From Octopus bimaculoides (Eukaryota): 64,000 nucleotides of DNA. Made by a program: the position numbers and the translations under genes. The notes under the pieces were generated by a model that was not told where the DNA came from, searched no databases, and saw only the letters and a program-made list of their open reading frames with translations. Numbering within the stretch: position 1 is the stretch's first letter; every line of letters begins with the position of its first letter. Below, piece by piece: positions 52,602 through 64,000 of this stretch. Location: NCBI RefSeq assembly GCF_001194135.2, contig NC_068992.1:64352485-64416484 (forward strand). Reading direction: 5' to 3'.

Positions 52602-54444
52602 GAAAATGGTTTCACCTGATGAGTTTTGATAACAGATTCTTGGTAAAGTGGAATGGGATGGCATCAAGAGCTGTTAATGCCACGAATTTGGTACTGGCTG
52701 ATCCCAAAGACCATCCCCTGAGAAACACAGGAGTTCTAATTGCAATAGCATTCATGTTTTGCTAATATTGTTTACTTGTTTCAATCATTGGACTGCAGCC
52801 ATGCTGAGATGCCACATTGAAGGGTTCTTGCCCATCAAATTGATCCTTAGTACTCATTAAGTCTGGTACTTATTTTGTCGTTCTCTTTCGCTGAACTGCC
52901 AAACTATGGGGATGTAAATAAACCAAGACTGGTGGTGGGTGTGTGGGGCACGCATACTGATACATGTACATGTATGTGTATATATGTATACACACACACA
53001 CACAATGAGCTTCTACACAGTTTTCTACACAGTTCACTTTTAGGAAGAAGACATCTTACTTTACTTTATGACGAGCTGGCAGTCGTGAGCAATCCAAGCA
53101 AAATGCTGAGCAGCATTTTATCAGTCTTTATGATTTGAGTTCAAATTCTGCCAAGGTCAGCTTTGCCATTTATCCTTTCATGGTTGAGCACTTGGATTGA
53201 TGTAATCAATTTAACCCCTCCCCCGAAATTGCTGGCCTTGTGCCAAAATCTGAAATCAATATAATGGTTTATAATAAAAATGTCATACAGCTTTGCGAAG
53301 TACTTGGTTTGAATTCTAAATTCCAATAAGTTTATTCTTGGCAGCAAAGTGGTAGACTTGTTGGAATGTTGGATGGAATTACTTAAGCCCTTCACTGCCT
53401 ATGGGTCATAGGCCATTGATGACTTTTTCTTATTGTACTCTGCTGTGAGCTGTCGGGGCCACCCTTGGGGACACCCTCATCCGTGTGTCTAGAGCACTGT
53501 TTTACCTACAGACCCCTTGATCCCTATTTAAAGTTAAAAAAAGGACCCCATTATATTTTCATAATTAAATATTATTAGGAACTCTTTAAAAAAATTAAAG
53601 TATTTTGTGTAATGTAGACGTACAACCGATTTATTGTACATAATTTTTAACAACTAAATCTTATCTGGATCCCCCCTCCTCCCGGAGTCATGTGAACCCT
53701 GGTTGAGAACTACTAATCTAGAATTTCTCTGAGGGAAGGGCTTCTGCTCTCAGCACTTGTTGGTTTTCAATTGACATCTATTCTTCTGTAACTTTGCTTT
53801 TACCTAGGTAAGAGTCTTGTCCCTATCTAAACCCATTTTACCTCTGGGATGAGGTGATCCAAGGTAGTCTAACCTCAATACTTTGACCTGTCCAGCATGG
53901 TAGCCCCTGCCTGGAGCTTATGCTCCATTGGCACAGTTTTAAAGGGCATTGTACACATGGTACCAACAATAAACTATTATTTCTAAACTATATGTAATTC
54001 CACAGTTATTTGTGTGCATCTTTTTTAGTCATTCTCAAGATGCTTATTACTAAAGAGATTGTTTTTGTTTCCAATCTTCCCTATTCTTGTTATCAATGTT
54101 TCCAGATTTGGACACATATGTCACTTTCCCCATAGTTCAGAAATAAGGTCTTGTTTTAGTTTGAATCCAGTTTGGTATTCTGTATATGTCCAGGAAAAAC
54201 ATACCTAAATTAGATTAAATGCCAAACTGATCAGAATATAGAGTAGATATAAGGAAAAGGAATATTTCATATCCACTATAAAGGTTTCTTAAAAAACAAA
54301 AAAAGGAAAAGAGGGAATAGAGCAATCTGGTCTGGAATTCAGTCTTGTCAAATTCATCTCCATCTAGCTACAACTCTTCTTAATAAAAAAAAAAAAAAAG
54401 AATATTAAAAAGCATATATTTATAATGAGTTGATTGTTTTGCAG

Positions 54445-54597
54445 TTGACTGCTCGTCGAGCCATTAACGAACTATTCAGCAATATTACATGGACCACAGG
54501 ACAAGCTGATGATTTAGAAGAAGAGGCTATCCTCAGCCACTGGAATCCTCCTGCTACCAATATCTATGTCACATTATTACTCTATGTCATTATGACT
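54445..54597 (+). CDS. CLCN2: ClC-2-like exon 12: LTARRAINELFSNITWTTGQADDLEEEAILSHWNPPATNIYVTLLLYVIMT (extracellular L-M loop with N-I-T sequon)
   Basis: ttgcag| ... ACT|GTAAGT; 153 nt; LF-N-TW motif. Confidence 0.95.
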
Positions 54598-55436
54598 GTA
54601 AGTATTTTATATGCCGTTTTATTTTCCATCTCAGTAATTTTTAATGGTGCCAAACTGAAAAATTATTTCTATAAATATGTATATTTTACTTTGGAATTTT
54701 TTCAAACCCATATAAATATGTCATAGCCATCTACATATCATACTTAACATATATACACTGTGGACAGACGAGATGCTGCAGTTTTTGTCAGAGCCCCCCA
54801 AAGCACAAGATTATCCTGGAGTTGTACCTTGTGGGTGCAAAGAGGAAGGTAAGCTGATTGTGCAGAGTAGAAAACCCAGTTGTTACATATGTGGAAGTAA
54901 AAGCCACTTGAGGGCTTTTAGCCCAGATTAGGAAGAAAGGACAGACAGAGGAGAAAGAAGGCAACAGATAACAGCAATGCAACAAGAACAGCAACAACAG
55001 TAGGCCCCAGAAACTACTGTTTTCTGAAACACCACCAGTCATAACTAAGAAGATAGCAAATGAAATTACCTCACAGAATGGATGTTAGTGATCATGAATT
55101 GAATACCAATAAGCCCTGCAAGAATCATTTTTCCCTCTAATCTTATTGCTGTAGATGTGTGCAGGAATTTGCTTGTAAGAAAATAGTGTCTTCTTTTGTA
55201 AAGTATATATGCATTCATTTGAGTTACCATCTTCAGTCAGAAAAAAATTGATTTCATCTTGAAAACCTGGTGTGCGCACATGTTTTTTACTTTGTGTTTT
55301 ACTTGTTAAACTTGTGCATGTGCATACAAGAACATAGCTTAACCCTTTGGTGCTTAAACTGGCCATATCCAGCTCCAATATTCCAGCTGTTTTATGTTTA
55401 AACTGACTAGATTCAGTCTCTTACGCCTACTCTACA

Positions 55437-55472
<36 letters not shown>

Positions 55473-56317
55473 AAACTACTTGAGTACGTATTTCGTAGCA
55501 CCTTTATAACTTGTTGTTATAAATATATGGTCCCTTGTGACAAATACAAGACATTCCACTGGTTGGCGATGTAGACCATAGGTTTTTCTGCTGCTGCCTT
55601 CTGTAAAAATTAGGTGGAGAAGTGGGTTGATAGAATCGTTAGAGAATCTAATTTCCTTGCAGAATTCAGTTACAACACTTTACATTTACCGTTCAAATGC
55701 TGCCAAGGTTAACTTTGCTTTTATTCTTTCAGGATCAGTATAGTTTAGTACCAATCAAATACCGGGCTCAATCTAATTGACCAACCCTTCCCATCAAATT
55801 TCTGACCTTGTGTTCTTGAGCAAGACCCTTTATTTTTACGTTGCTCCAGTTCACTCAGCTGTAGAAATGAGTTGCAACATCACTGGCGCCAAACTGTATC
55901 AGCCCCTTTGCCTTTCTCTTGGGTAACATCGGTGGCATGGAGAGGGGAGGCTGATATGAATGGACGACTGCTGCTCTTCCATAAACAACATTATCTGAAC
56001 ATGTGCCTCAGAGGGAAGCTTTCTAGGTGCAATCCCATGGTCATTCATGACCGAAGGGGTCTTTACCTGTTACTGTTTTTACTGATGCTAGAAATTATTA
56101 TTGTTATTATTGTTGCTAAGGTGGCAAACTGGCAGAATCGTTAGCATCCATCTTCACATTCTGAGTTCAAACTCTGATGAGGCTGACTTCACCTTTCATC
56201 CCTTTCTGGGTCAATAAATTGAGTACCAGTGAAACACTGGGGTCGATGCAATCGACTATCCCCCCCCCCCCNNNNNNNNNNAAATTTTCAGCCCTTGTGC
56301 CTCTAATAGAAATTATT

Positions 56318-56334
56318 ATTATTGTTGTTGTTGT

Positions 56335-56365
<31 letters not shown>

Positions 56366-56396
56366 GCTACTGTTGCTGCTGCTGCTACTACTACTA

Positions 56397-56465
<69 letters not shown>
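56318..56465. repeat. Compound trinucleotide microsatellite (TTA/TTG/TAC/TGC)n
   Basis: Direct reading. One of many microsatellites; (TA)n, (CA)n, (CAT)n, (TAA)n and (GA)n arrays occur throughout the window. Confidence 0.95.
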
Positions 56466-56521
56466 TCATATTGAAGAACATTACCTTTATATCTATTTTT
56501 TCTTTTATACTTTTTCTGTAG

Positions 56522-56591
56522 TTTTGGATGGGTGCCTTGTCAAACACTTTACCAATTCCTGCGGGTGTCTTTGTTCCAGTTTTCTGTTGTG
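56522..56591 (+). CDS. CLCN2: ClC-2-like exon 13: FWMGALSNTLPIPAGVFVPVFCC
   Basis: ttctgtag| ... TG|GTTTGT; 70 nt; G-x-F-x-P motif (GVFVP). Confidence 0.95.
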
Positions 56592-57224
56592 GTTTGTAAA
56601 ATTATATATTTTGCCTTTTTTTCCCCCCCAAGACCCAGGCTTTCATTCGTCTTGTAAAAGTTTTGTCTTTGCCATATCTAACACACACTCAGCAGAGTGG
56701 ACTCACATTGGACTCAAAAATGACACTTGGTAAACAGCTTGTTGTCACTCTCATATATCCTCATAATCTCATTATTTTTACATTCATCACTTCCATGCTG
56801 GTTCTGGGTGGATCAAACTTACTCAGGTTGTGTCCTTTGGTTAAATGTCCTTTCTCTCACCAACTTTTGTCTGTTAAAACAAGATATTATATTCCACTGG
56901 CCTTCAACAAAACAGCCAAAGAGCTACAGGAAGCAATGTTTATATGAAACATAAACAAAGTACCACTTCTGCACAAATGGTTTCATTGGGAAGACATGGA
57001 AATAAGCTCCCATGTACACACACAGATATATATGCAAACATGGCAGGCTTCCATACAGTTTTTGTCTACCAATTTCACTCATAAAGCTTTAATTAGTTCA
57101 AGGTTATAATAGATGTTCAAAGTGTCAGAGTTGGATGGAATTGACACCATATGGATAATTTGTAACCAGAGACATGCTTCTAGCTTGACTTAAATACACA
57201 AATTTATGTGTGTGTATATATATG

Positions 57225-57256
<32 letters not shown>

Positions 57257-59039
57257 GCGCAATCGCTTAGCGAGTTTGACTGTCGACAAAAAGGTTGGTG
57301 GTTGAAGTCCACCCAGGGATGTACAGCATATTTTTTGTGAAGGCTCATGACTCAGTGGTAAGAACATCGGTCTCACAATCATGAGGTAGTGAGTTCGATT
57401 TCTGGACCAGGCTGTGTGTTGTGTTCTTGAGCAAGACCCTTTATTTCATGTTGCTCCAGTTCACTCAGCTGTAGAAATGAGTTGCAACATCACTGGTGTC
57501 AAGTTATATCATCCTTTGCCTTTCCCTTGGATAACATCAGTGGCATGGTCTGGGGAGGCTGGTATGCATGGGCGACTGCTGGTCTTCCACAAACAACCTT
57601 GCCTGAACTTGTGCCTGGGAGGGGAACTTTCTAGGTGCAATCTCATGGTTATTCATGACTAAAAGGGGTCCCTTTTTTTATATACACTCATGTAACCTCT
57701 ACTCATCTGTCCTTCCCAATCTTTTGTGCTCGCTCTGTCCTCCAATCACCTTCTTGTACTTTAACACCACATTCTGACACCTCATCACCACCATCTTCAT
57801 CTCTATTTCCAGCTCCACCCTGGTTACCCCTACCCACTTTTATATCATGTAAGGTAGCCGTGTCTCTCCTCTACAGCATAAAACCATCTTTTTCTCTCAT
57901 TCAGTCAAGAGAGATCATTAGCTATGTGAGTTACGTGGTGACCTTACAAGTGTTGGCCTTATGGAAAAGGCACTCAGTACACACTGGCATTAAGACGGTC
58001 GTCCAGCTGAATAAACCATGCCAAAGTAGACATTGGAGCATGGTCCAGTTATCTGATTCTTTCGGTTGCTAGACTGTCAGTGTGGAAAGTAGATGTTAAA
58101 TGATAATGACACTTGTGTGTTTGTGTGTGTATATTACTAATGAATAGTGAAATGAAAAAAGGAAAAAAACCGTTTGGTGCGTGGAACAAAAGTACATTGT
58201 AGTGTTACAATTCTTTGTATGATGATGCACTTAAACATTTCATAACATAAATACCAACATGAGTTCCTGACAAAGTGGTTGGTATAATTGGTGACTAAAG
58301 CATCTTGAGTGGACGTGCATGATTTAGTGGTTTAAAGTGTTGTACTTACGATTGTAAGATTGTGGTTTCAGTTTCTGAACCAGGCAACACATTTGTGTTC
58401 TTGAGCAAAACACTTCTTTTCACGTGGCTCCAGTCCACTCAGCTGGCAAAACAGAGTAACTGTGCGATGGACTGGCGTTCTGTTAAGCAGGGGGAAAAAT
58501 ATACTTCACAGAAGCCAGAGAACTGTCCTAATGAGCCTTAGGCTCGGGAAGAACTGTTGATCCTTTTCTTTTCTTTTTTGGAAACCCCTTTGGGGTGCAG
58601 TGCTCGAGTTTGGCTGCAGTCCAGTGACTGACACTAGTGAATGCAGTGCAAGAATAACTAAATACATAACAAAGCACTGGAAATATTTTAATAGCATCAA
58701 CATTTCAAAACTTAGCACACACATTTCTAGTAAGGAAACCACCACCACTACCACTTTGTCATATATGACATATGGCATTCATTATAGATATGATATGACG
58801 AAGTGTGTGTGTGTGTGTGTGTGTCTGCTAAGTAAGGCAGACATATCTGGTACTTCTAACAACTTGATTCTTTCATCTCATGGACATTTTTCCCTTTAAT
58901 TTTTTTCCAAAAACAACGATACGCCCCATTTGCATCTACTCTTTCTTCTCTTTGCAGTCTCCGTGCCCTTTCCACCCCCGTCAACACTATACCATTATTA
59001 AGTAATAGAAACCTTTGTTATCATCATTATTACTAAGAT

Positions 59040-59240
59040 GGTAAGCTGGCAGAATTGCCAGTGTGTCAGACAAAATGCTTAGTGGTATTTCTTCTGGCTC
59101 TTTATGTTCTGAGTTCAAATCCCACCAAGGTCAGCTTTGCCTTTTGTCCTTTTGGGGCTGATAAAATAAGTACCAGTTGAATAGTGGGGTTGATGTAATT
59201 GACTAACTCCTCCACCAAATTCCAAGCCTTGAGCCTATGA
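59040..59240 (+). mobile_element. SINE-like interspersed repeat (family C)
   Basis: GCTGGCAGAAT..AAATGCTTAG..TTCTGAGTTCAAAT..GACTTTGCCTTTCATCC..AAGTACCAGTT..CTGGCCTTGTGCC. Copies near 420-625, 30790-30985, 33515-33730, 40890-41100, 53130-53250, 56120-56310 and 61755-61950. Confidence 0.8.
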
Positions 59241-59804
59241 TAGGAAGAACTATCATTATTATTGTCTGTGGTAACTGGGTCCACTCACAAGGCTTTTGTC
59301 GGCCCAATGCTATAGTAGAAGACACTTGCCCAAGGTTCCACGCATTGGGACTGAACCCGGAACCATGCGGTTGGTAAGCAAGCTACTTACCACACAACCA
59401 CTCCTGCTTGGTGACATTTTGTCTGTCTTCACTTTCTGAAATAAAACTCCACTGAGGCTGACTATACCATTCATCCTTTTGGGGTCAATAAAATTAGTAT
59501 CAGTTGAGTACAGGGGTCGGTGTAATCGGATATCCCCCTCCCCCAAATTTCAGGCCTTGTGCCTATAGTAGAAAGGATTATTATTATTATTATTATTCTT
59601 ATTATTAAGGTAATGGACTGGTAGAATCATGTATTCTATATANNNNNNNNNNTACACATGTTTGCTATAATTGAAGGTATGTTGCATTTAAAACAACAGG
59701 AGGTAGCCAATTTGGCTGCCATGCAGGATGATCAAACCCTTACTATGTCACTGAGTCTTAAACTAGACAACAGGTGAAGTCATATTTCTAATCACCATTT
59801 CTAA

Positions 59805-60215
59805 GGCACAGGAGTGGCTGTGTGGTAAGTAGCTTGCTTACCAACCACATGATTCTGGGTTCAGTCCCACTGTGTGGCACTGTGGGCAAGTGTCTTCTAC
59901 TATAGCCTTGGGACAACCAAAGCCTTGTGAGTAAATTTGGTAGACAGAAACTGAAAGAAGCCCAAAGTATATATTGTGTGCGTGTGTGTGTGTGTAACTG
60001 TGTGTGTATATGTTTGTCTGTGTTTGTTTCCTCCAACATCACTTGACAACCGATGTTGTGTTTACATCCCCCGTAACTTAGCAGTTCGGCAAAAGAGACC
60101 AATAGAATAAATACCAGGCTTACTAAAAATAAGTCCTGGGGTCGATTTGCTTGACTAGAGGCGGTGCTCCAGCATGGCCACAGTCAAATGACTGAAACAA
60201 GTAAAAGAATAAAAG
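59805..60215 (+). mobile_element. tRNA-derived SINE (family B)
   Basis: GGCTGTGTGGTAAGTAGCTTGC..GGGTTCAGTCCC..GGGCAAGTGTCTTCTACTATAGCC..GAAACTGAAAGAAGCCC. Other copies on either strand near 13070-13225, 20410-20555, 21190-21345, 24225-24380, 28640-28790, 43148-43310, 44710-44845, 45165-45300 and 59280-59405. Confidence 0.85.
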
Positions 60216-60416
60216 AATAATTATGAGATATATACCAAAAATTGTTTTATAATTTCTAATTTTATGCACCCTAAATAATTCAGTTGGCACAATTCAGTGT
60301 ACTTTTTGTGCAATCAGATATTTAAAAATTGTATTGATCTCCTGCAAAGCTGTATAAATTCATGTCCTGACATTTGGATTGTTCTAAAATATATTTATGA
60401 TTTGTCTTCTGTGAAG

Positions 60417-60527
60417 GAGCCGCATTTGGAAGGCTGGTCGGTGAGAGTATGTCTACGTGGTTTCCAGAAGGAATTCGTAGTGGAGATGTTGTTCGGAAAA
60501 TAGTTCCTGGAGGGTATGCTGTGGTCG
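60417..60527 (+). CDS. CLCN2: ClC-2-like exon 14: [37 protein letters not shown]
   Basis: Acceptor tcttctgtgaag| (AAG type), donor TCG|GTATGT; 111 nt; [10 protein letters not shown] and PGGYAVVG motifs. Confidence 0.96.
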
Positions 60528-62238
60528 GTATGTATATATACACAAGTGCATGTGCGCACACGCACGTGTACACACACACACACACACGCACACACACACA
60601 CACTCTCAACACTACTACCATCACTATCATCATTATGTCAACTTTCCCCATACCAAGATGGCTTTGACAAGTTGCAATAATCAGTCAGTTCTTACTCTGT
60701 ATGAGTATTCTCCTTGATGGGCTGAAAACCATGTCTTGCTCAAATGTTCTGTTTTTGCCACAGTTCTGTGGTTAGTTTGTCTTACCTATCACCATATTAC
60801 AACATACACAAGTTATGTTTTATTATGGAACCGCTATCAGAGAAGTTGTTTTGTGTCTGGCAAGAAAAAGAGACCTCTACAACATATGTTGTTGCAAGTT
60901 GTTCCAGCTTCTTAAAATGTTCTCTAGATTTTTCTGAAGAGGGTTTTCATAGCCAAAACAATTTGTAATTTGTTAGAAAAGATTGAATAAATCTTGTATA
61001 CTCTGTACTTAGCTTTGAGTTCTTTTAAATTATTGATGTCCTGCTCAAACTTTTATGTCCATCAAATTGTATATTTTATATTAAATATTAGATATAAGAT
61101 ATTATAAGAAAGAGATAATTATAGTAAGAGAAAAGAGGACACGTTGATGGCACCTAATAGTTCTCTGCTGGGTTTTCTTCTTTTAGGTGAGTGTTGACAG
61201 GTAAATCATAAAACAATTAGGGAACTGCAGGTAGCTGATGCACACATTCTTATGTCCTCTTCTACTATAATCACCTTTTTTTCTTCTTTTTTTGAAATAT
61301 ATATTATAAATTATATGTTATATATTAGATCTTGTATATTATATATTATGTGTAACTTGTTGAATTTTAATATTTACATATCTCTGCTACTGCAAAACAC
61401 CTGTTTCTGACTCTTTATCATACTCTAACATCTTTTCACCTGGCACAAATCCAACTACCGCAATACTACTCCCCACCCAGTTGAGAAGTTTTGTTTTACC
61501 AGTTACTTGGTAACCTCGCTGGTACTGGTACCACATAAAAGGCACCCAGTATACTCTGTAAAGTGGTTGGCATAAAGAAGGGTGTCCAGCCGTAGAGACT
61601 ATGCCAAAACAGACAGAGTTTGGCACAGTTTTCTGGCTGGCCAGCTCCTATCAGACCAAATCTATGTCAGTATGGAAGCTGGACGTTAAATGATGATGAT
61701 GAGGATGATGATGATGATAGTATTTTTTGAATATTTAGATGATGCTTTGGGTAGCGAACTGGCAGAATTGTTACTGCACTGGGAAAAATGCTAAGCAGCA
61801 TTTCATCTGTCTTTACATACGTCTGAGGTCGACTTTGCTTTTCATCCTTTTGGAGTCGATAAAAGAAATACCAGTTAAGTACTGGGGTCAATGTAATTCA
61901 CTTACCACCTCTTCCAAAATTGCTGGCCTTGTGCCAAAATTTGAAATCAATATTTAGATTATGTTTATTTTGATACTGTTCTTAGTATTTAGTTAATGTT
62001 TACAATACTTTGTTAATGTTCATATTGTCATCATCTGTTTTGTATGCTGCCATTGGCTGAACAATTCAACAGGACCTAAGGAGCCAGGGAACTGTGTCAA
62101 GTTCCAATGTCTGTTTTGACATAGTTTTTGTGGCTGGATGCCTTTCCTTAGATAATGCTCTACTATTCAGATAATGTATTATTTTGATAATGTCTTATAT
62201 AATGACATGTGTTTCAAATCTTCTAATAACCACTTCAG

Positions 62239-62336
62239 GTGCAGCAGCCCTCTCTGGAAGTGTAACGCGTACAATATCCACGTCTGTGATAGTATTTGAA
62301 CTTACTGGTCAGATTAGCCATGTGTTGCCTGCTGTG
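62239..62336 (+). CDS. CLCN2: ClC-2-like exon 15a: [33 protein letters not shown]
   Basis: cttcag| ... GTG|GTAAGT; 98 nt; VIVFELTGQ motif. Confidence 0.96.
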
Positions 62337-62650
62337 GTAAGTTGTTACTTTTATTATTACCTCTGCCTTAGCCTGATAGTTGTAAGTGAGTGTCACTGTT
62401 GTACAAGCAGTGTTGTCCATTTCCAATCTTCTGTAAAAACATCTTTGGTCATGGGGAAATATTAACTTGCTAAGAAAGAGGTGAATGTTGGCAACAGGAA
62501 GGACATCCAGCTGTGAAAAATCTGCCTCTGTAAACTTCGTTTGACCCATGCAAGTTTGGAAAAGTGGCCATTAAAATGATGATGATGATGATGATGATAG
62601 AATAAAGTACACTTGTCATGGCTGACATGTTACCATTTTTTATCTTGCAG

Positions 62651-62766
62651 GTTGCTGTATTGATTGCCAATGCAGTTGCACATTTTTTGCAGCCTTCCTT
62701 CTATGACAGTATCATTCGGTTAAAAAGGCTGCCCTATCTTCCTGACCTCATCAACACTAAACAAGA
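62651..62766 (+). CDS. CLCN2: ClC-2-like exon 15b: [38 protein letters not shown] (helix R with the central Tyr)
   Basis: cttgcag| ... AGA|GTAAGT; 116 nt; QPS-YDSII and LPYLP motifs. Confidence 0.96.
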
Positions 62767-63029
62767 GTAAGTATTTTCTTGAGTTTCGCTATTTTACTTC
62801 CTCTCCATTTTTTCCTTCTTCTTCAAAAAATTATTTCTTAATTTTCAGTTATAGATGTTTCCATGCCAAGTCTTAAAAATTGCATTTGAAACAAATTGTT
62901 TAGAATTCTGGTTAACCCGGTTTTGAAATTCGTCAATAGTAGCATTGGCTTTTAGTCATTAGAACTGAATTCGTAAAGTGGTAGGACATAATTTGAAAAC
63001 ATAACTGTTTTAAATAATAATGCCTACAT

Positions 63030-63445
63030 TATTATTATTATTTTATGTTTGACTTTTGCTTTGCATTTGTACAAGTTGGATCCAAGTCTCACCCAGAGAC
63101 CTCAACAGACAAGTTAGAAGTTCATGTAGGTGTTATGCCTAGGGTACCATATATTTCGATTTGTACATAGTGTTGTTCTAGAGAATGTTTAAGAAACCAT
63201 AAGAAAATTATGTGTTTATTTTAAAATTTGAGATCACATAGACAGTATTTTACGTAGGATATGGGCAGTTCCCATGAGCACTATCTTTTGAACTTCAGCC
63301 ATTTTGGGGTTTCCTGGTATCTGAGCTAGGTAGTAATCAGCCCGATTCGCTGTCATTCCCAGGGCACCTATGACAATAGGTATTGTTTTAGTCTTCAGGT
63401 TCCACATTTTGCTAATTTCTATTTCAAGATCTTTATATTTGCTCA

Positions 63446-63446
<1 letters not shown>
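63030..63446 (-). mobile_element. 3' end of an R4/Dong-like RLE non-LTR retrotransposon
   Basis: Open 70-aa C-terminus at 63446-63234: LSKYKDLEIEISKMWNLKTKTIPIVIGALG..VQKIVLMGTAHILRKILSM*, followed by a 3'UTR; (TTA)n arrays on both sides. Confidence 0.88.
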
Positions 63447-63506
<60 letters not shown>

Positions 63507-63897
63507 GAGTTGGCAAGCTTTCACTTGTAGCAAATAAAAATTTCCCTACCATTCCCTATTTTGAGGAATCTTCGTTTGTTGACTCAAGATAGAAGTGGTA
63601 CAGCATGAATAAACATTGAGGATGGTAGAAACAACTGGTCAAGAGTCACACCATCTGACTCAACACAGCCTATGCTGTTGTGTGGGAGTTTTGTTGGCCA
63701 CATTGGTGGGTAACCACAGGCAACTCTTGTGTCACAGCAGAAGGGGCCAAAACACCTATAGAGCTGTTTCATCTCTTAAAGGGACATCAACTCTTGTATT
63801 TAGAAATGGAGTAAAGCAAAGCCTTCAGCGCACAAATGTTTACCCTAAAAATGTCTGTTGTTTTCCTTTTATTTCTGTTATTTTTTTCTTAATCTAG

Positions 63898-64000
63898 TGC
63901 TTGGACTGTATTTGTTGAAGACATCATGATAAAAGATATCAGTTATATCACATTCGTATCGACATATTACGATCTGCAGGAGTTACTCACTAACTCATCC
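63898..64000 (+). CDS. CLCN2: ClC-2-like exon 16, truncated by window end: DAWTVFVEDIMIKDISYITFVSTYYDLQELLTNSS (start of CBS1)
   Basis: taatctag| acceptor, phase 2 fits; VEDIM motif that opens CBS1; frame open to position 64000. Confidence 0.93.

Larger units (their letters stand above)
14651..64000 (+). other. CLCN2: ClC-2-like (ClC-1/2/ClC-a clade) voltage-gated chloride channel gene, partial: 16 coding exons in window, first exon not located, 3' end beyond window
   Basis: Manual splicing of 16 exons gives one open frame of 1734 nt (578 aa) with all ClC signature motifs. Exon sizes 132,129,134,78,79,126,85,102,85,153,70,111,98+116 match the human CLCN1/CLCN2 exon series as I recall it (132,129,134,78,79,126,85,102,85,150/156,70,111,214). 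No exon appears to be lost in the N-gaps. Confidence 0.96.

Noticed and set aside
60934-60967. CTGAAGA GGG..CC AAAAC AATTTGT A as another hammerhead relic
   Set aside because: G12 is missing, stem II is poor and no convincing stem I can be drawn; too decayed to call.

Overview
Eukaryotic, AT-rich, microsatellite- and SINE-saturated draft genomic DNA with 7 N-gaps. The repeat landscape looks like an octopus/coleoid cephalopod (inference from repeat style, no database check). The window is almost entirely one + strand gene, a ClC-1/ClC-2-type (CLCN2/ClC-a-like) voltage-gated chloride channel. I reconstructed 16 coding exons by hand (14651-64000, 1734 nt, 578 aa). All internal junctions are GT-AG and stay in frame, covering the N-terminal inactivation peptide, the whole membrane domain (GSGIPE, GKEGP, SIEV, GVFVP, FYD) and the start of CBS1. 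The first coding exon was not found and the C-terminus runs off the window. Introns hold decayed Tc1/mariner elements, three R4/Dong-like RLE-LINE 3' ends sitting in (TAA)n/(TGA)n, several SINE families and minisatellites. Most interesting signals: (i) at least five minimal type-I hammerhead-ribozyme-like folds from different repeat families, with the architecture known from Penelope-like elements, one at the centre of a ~400-bp palindrome; (ii) a 36-bp hairpin with a single A:C mismatch 62 nt after the exon encoding the channel's inactivation peptide, whose codons differ from the vertebrate consensus by A/G changes (A-to-I editing hypothesis); (iii) a candidate alternative first exon that would give a channel lacking that peptide. 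None of these three has been tested computationally or experimentally here.
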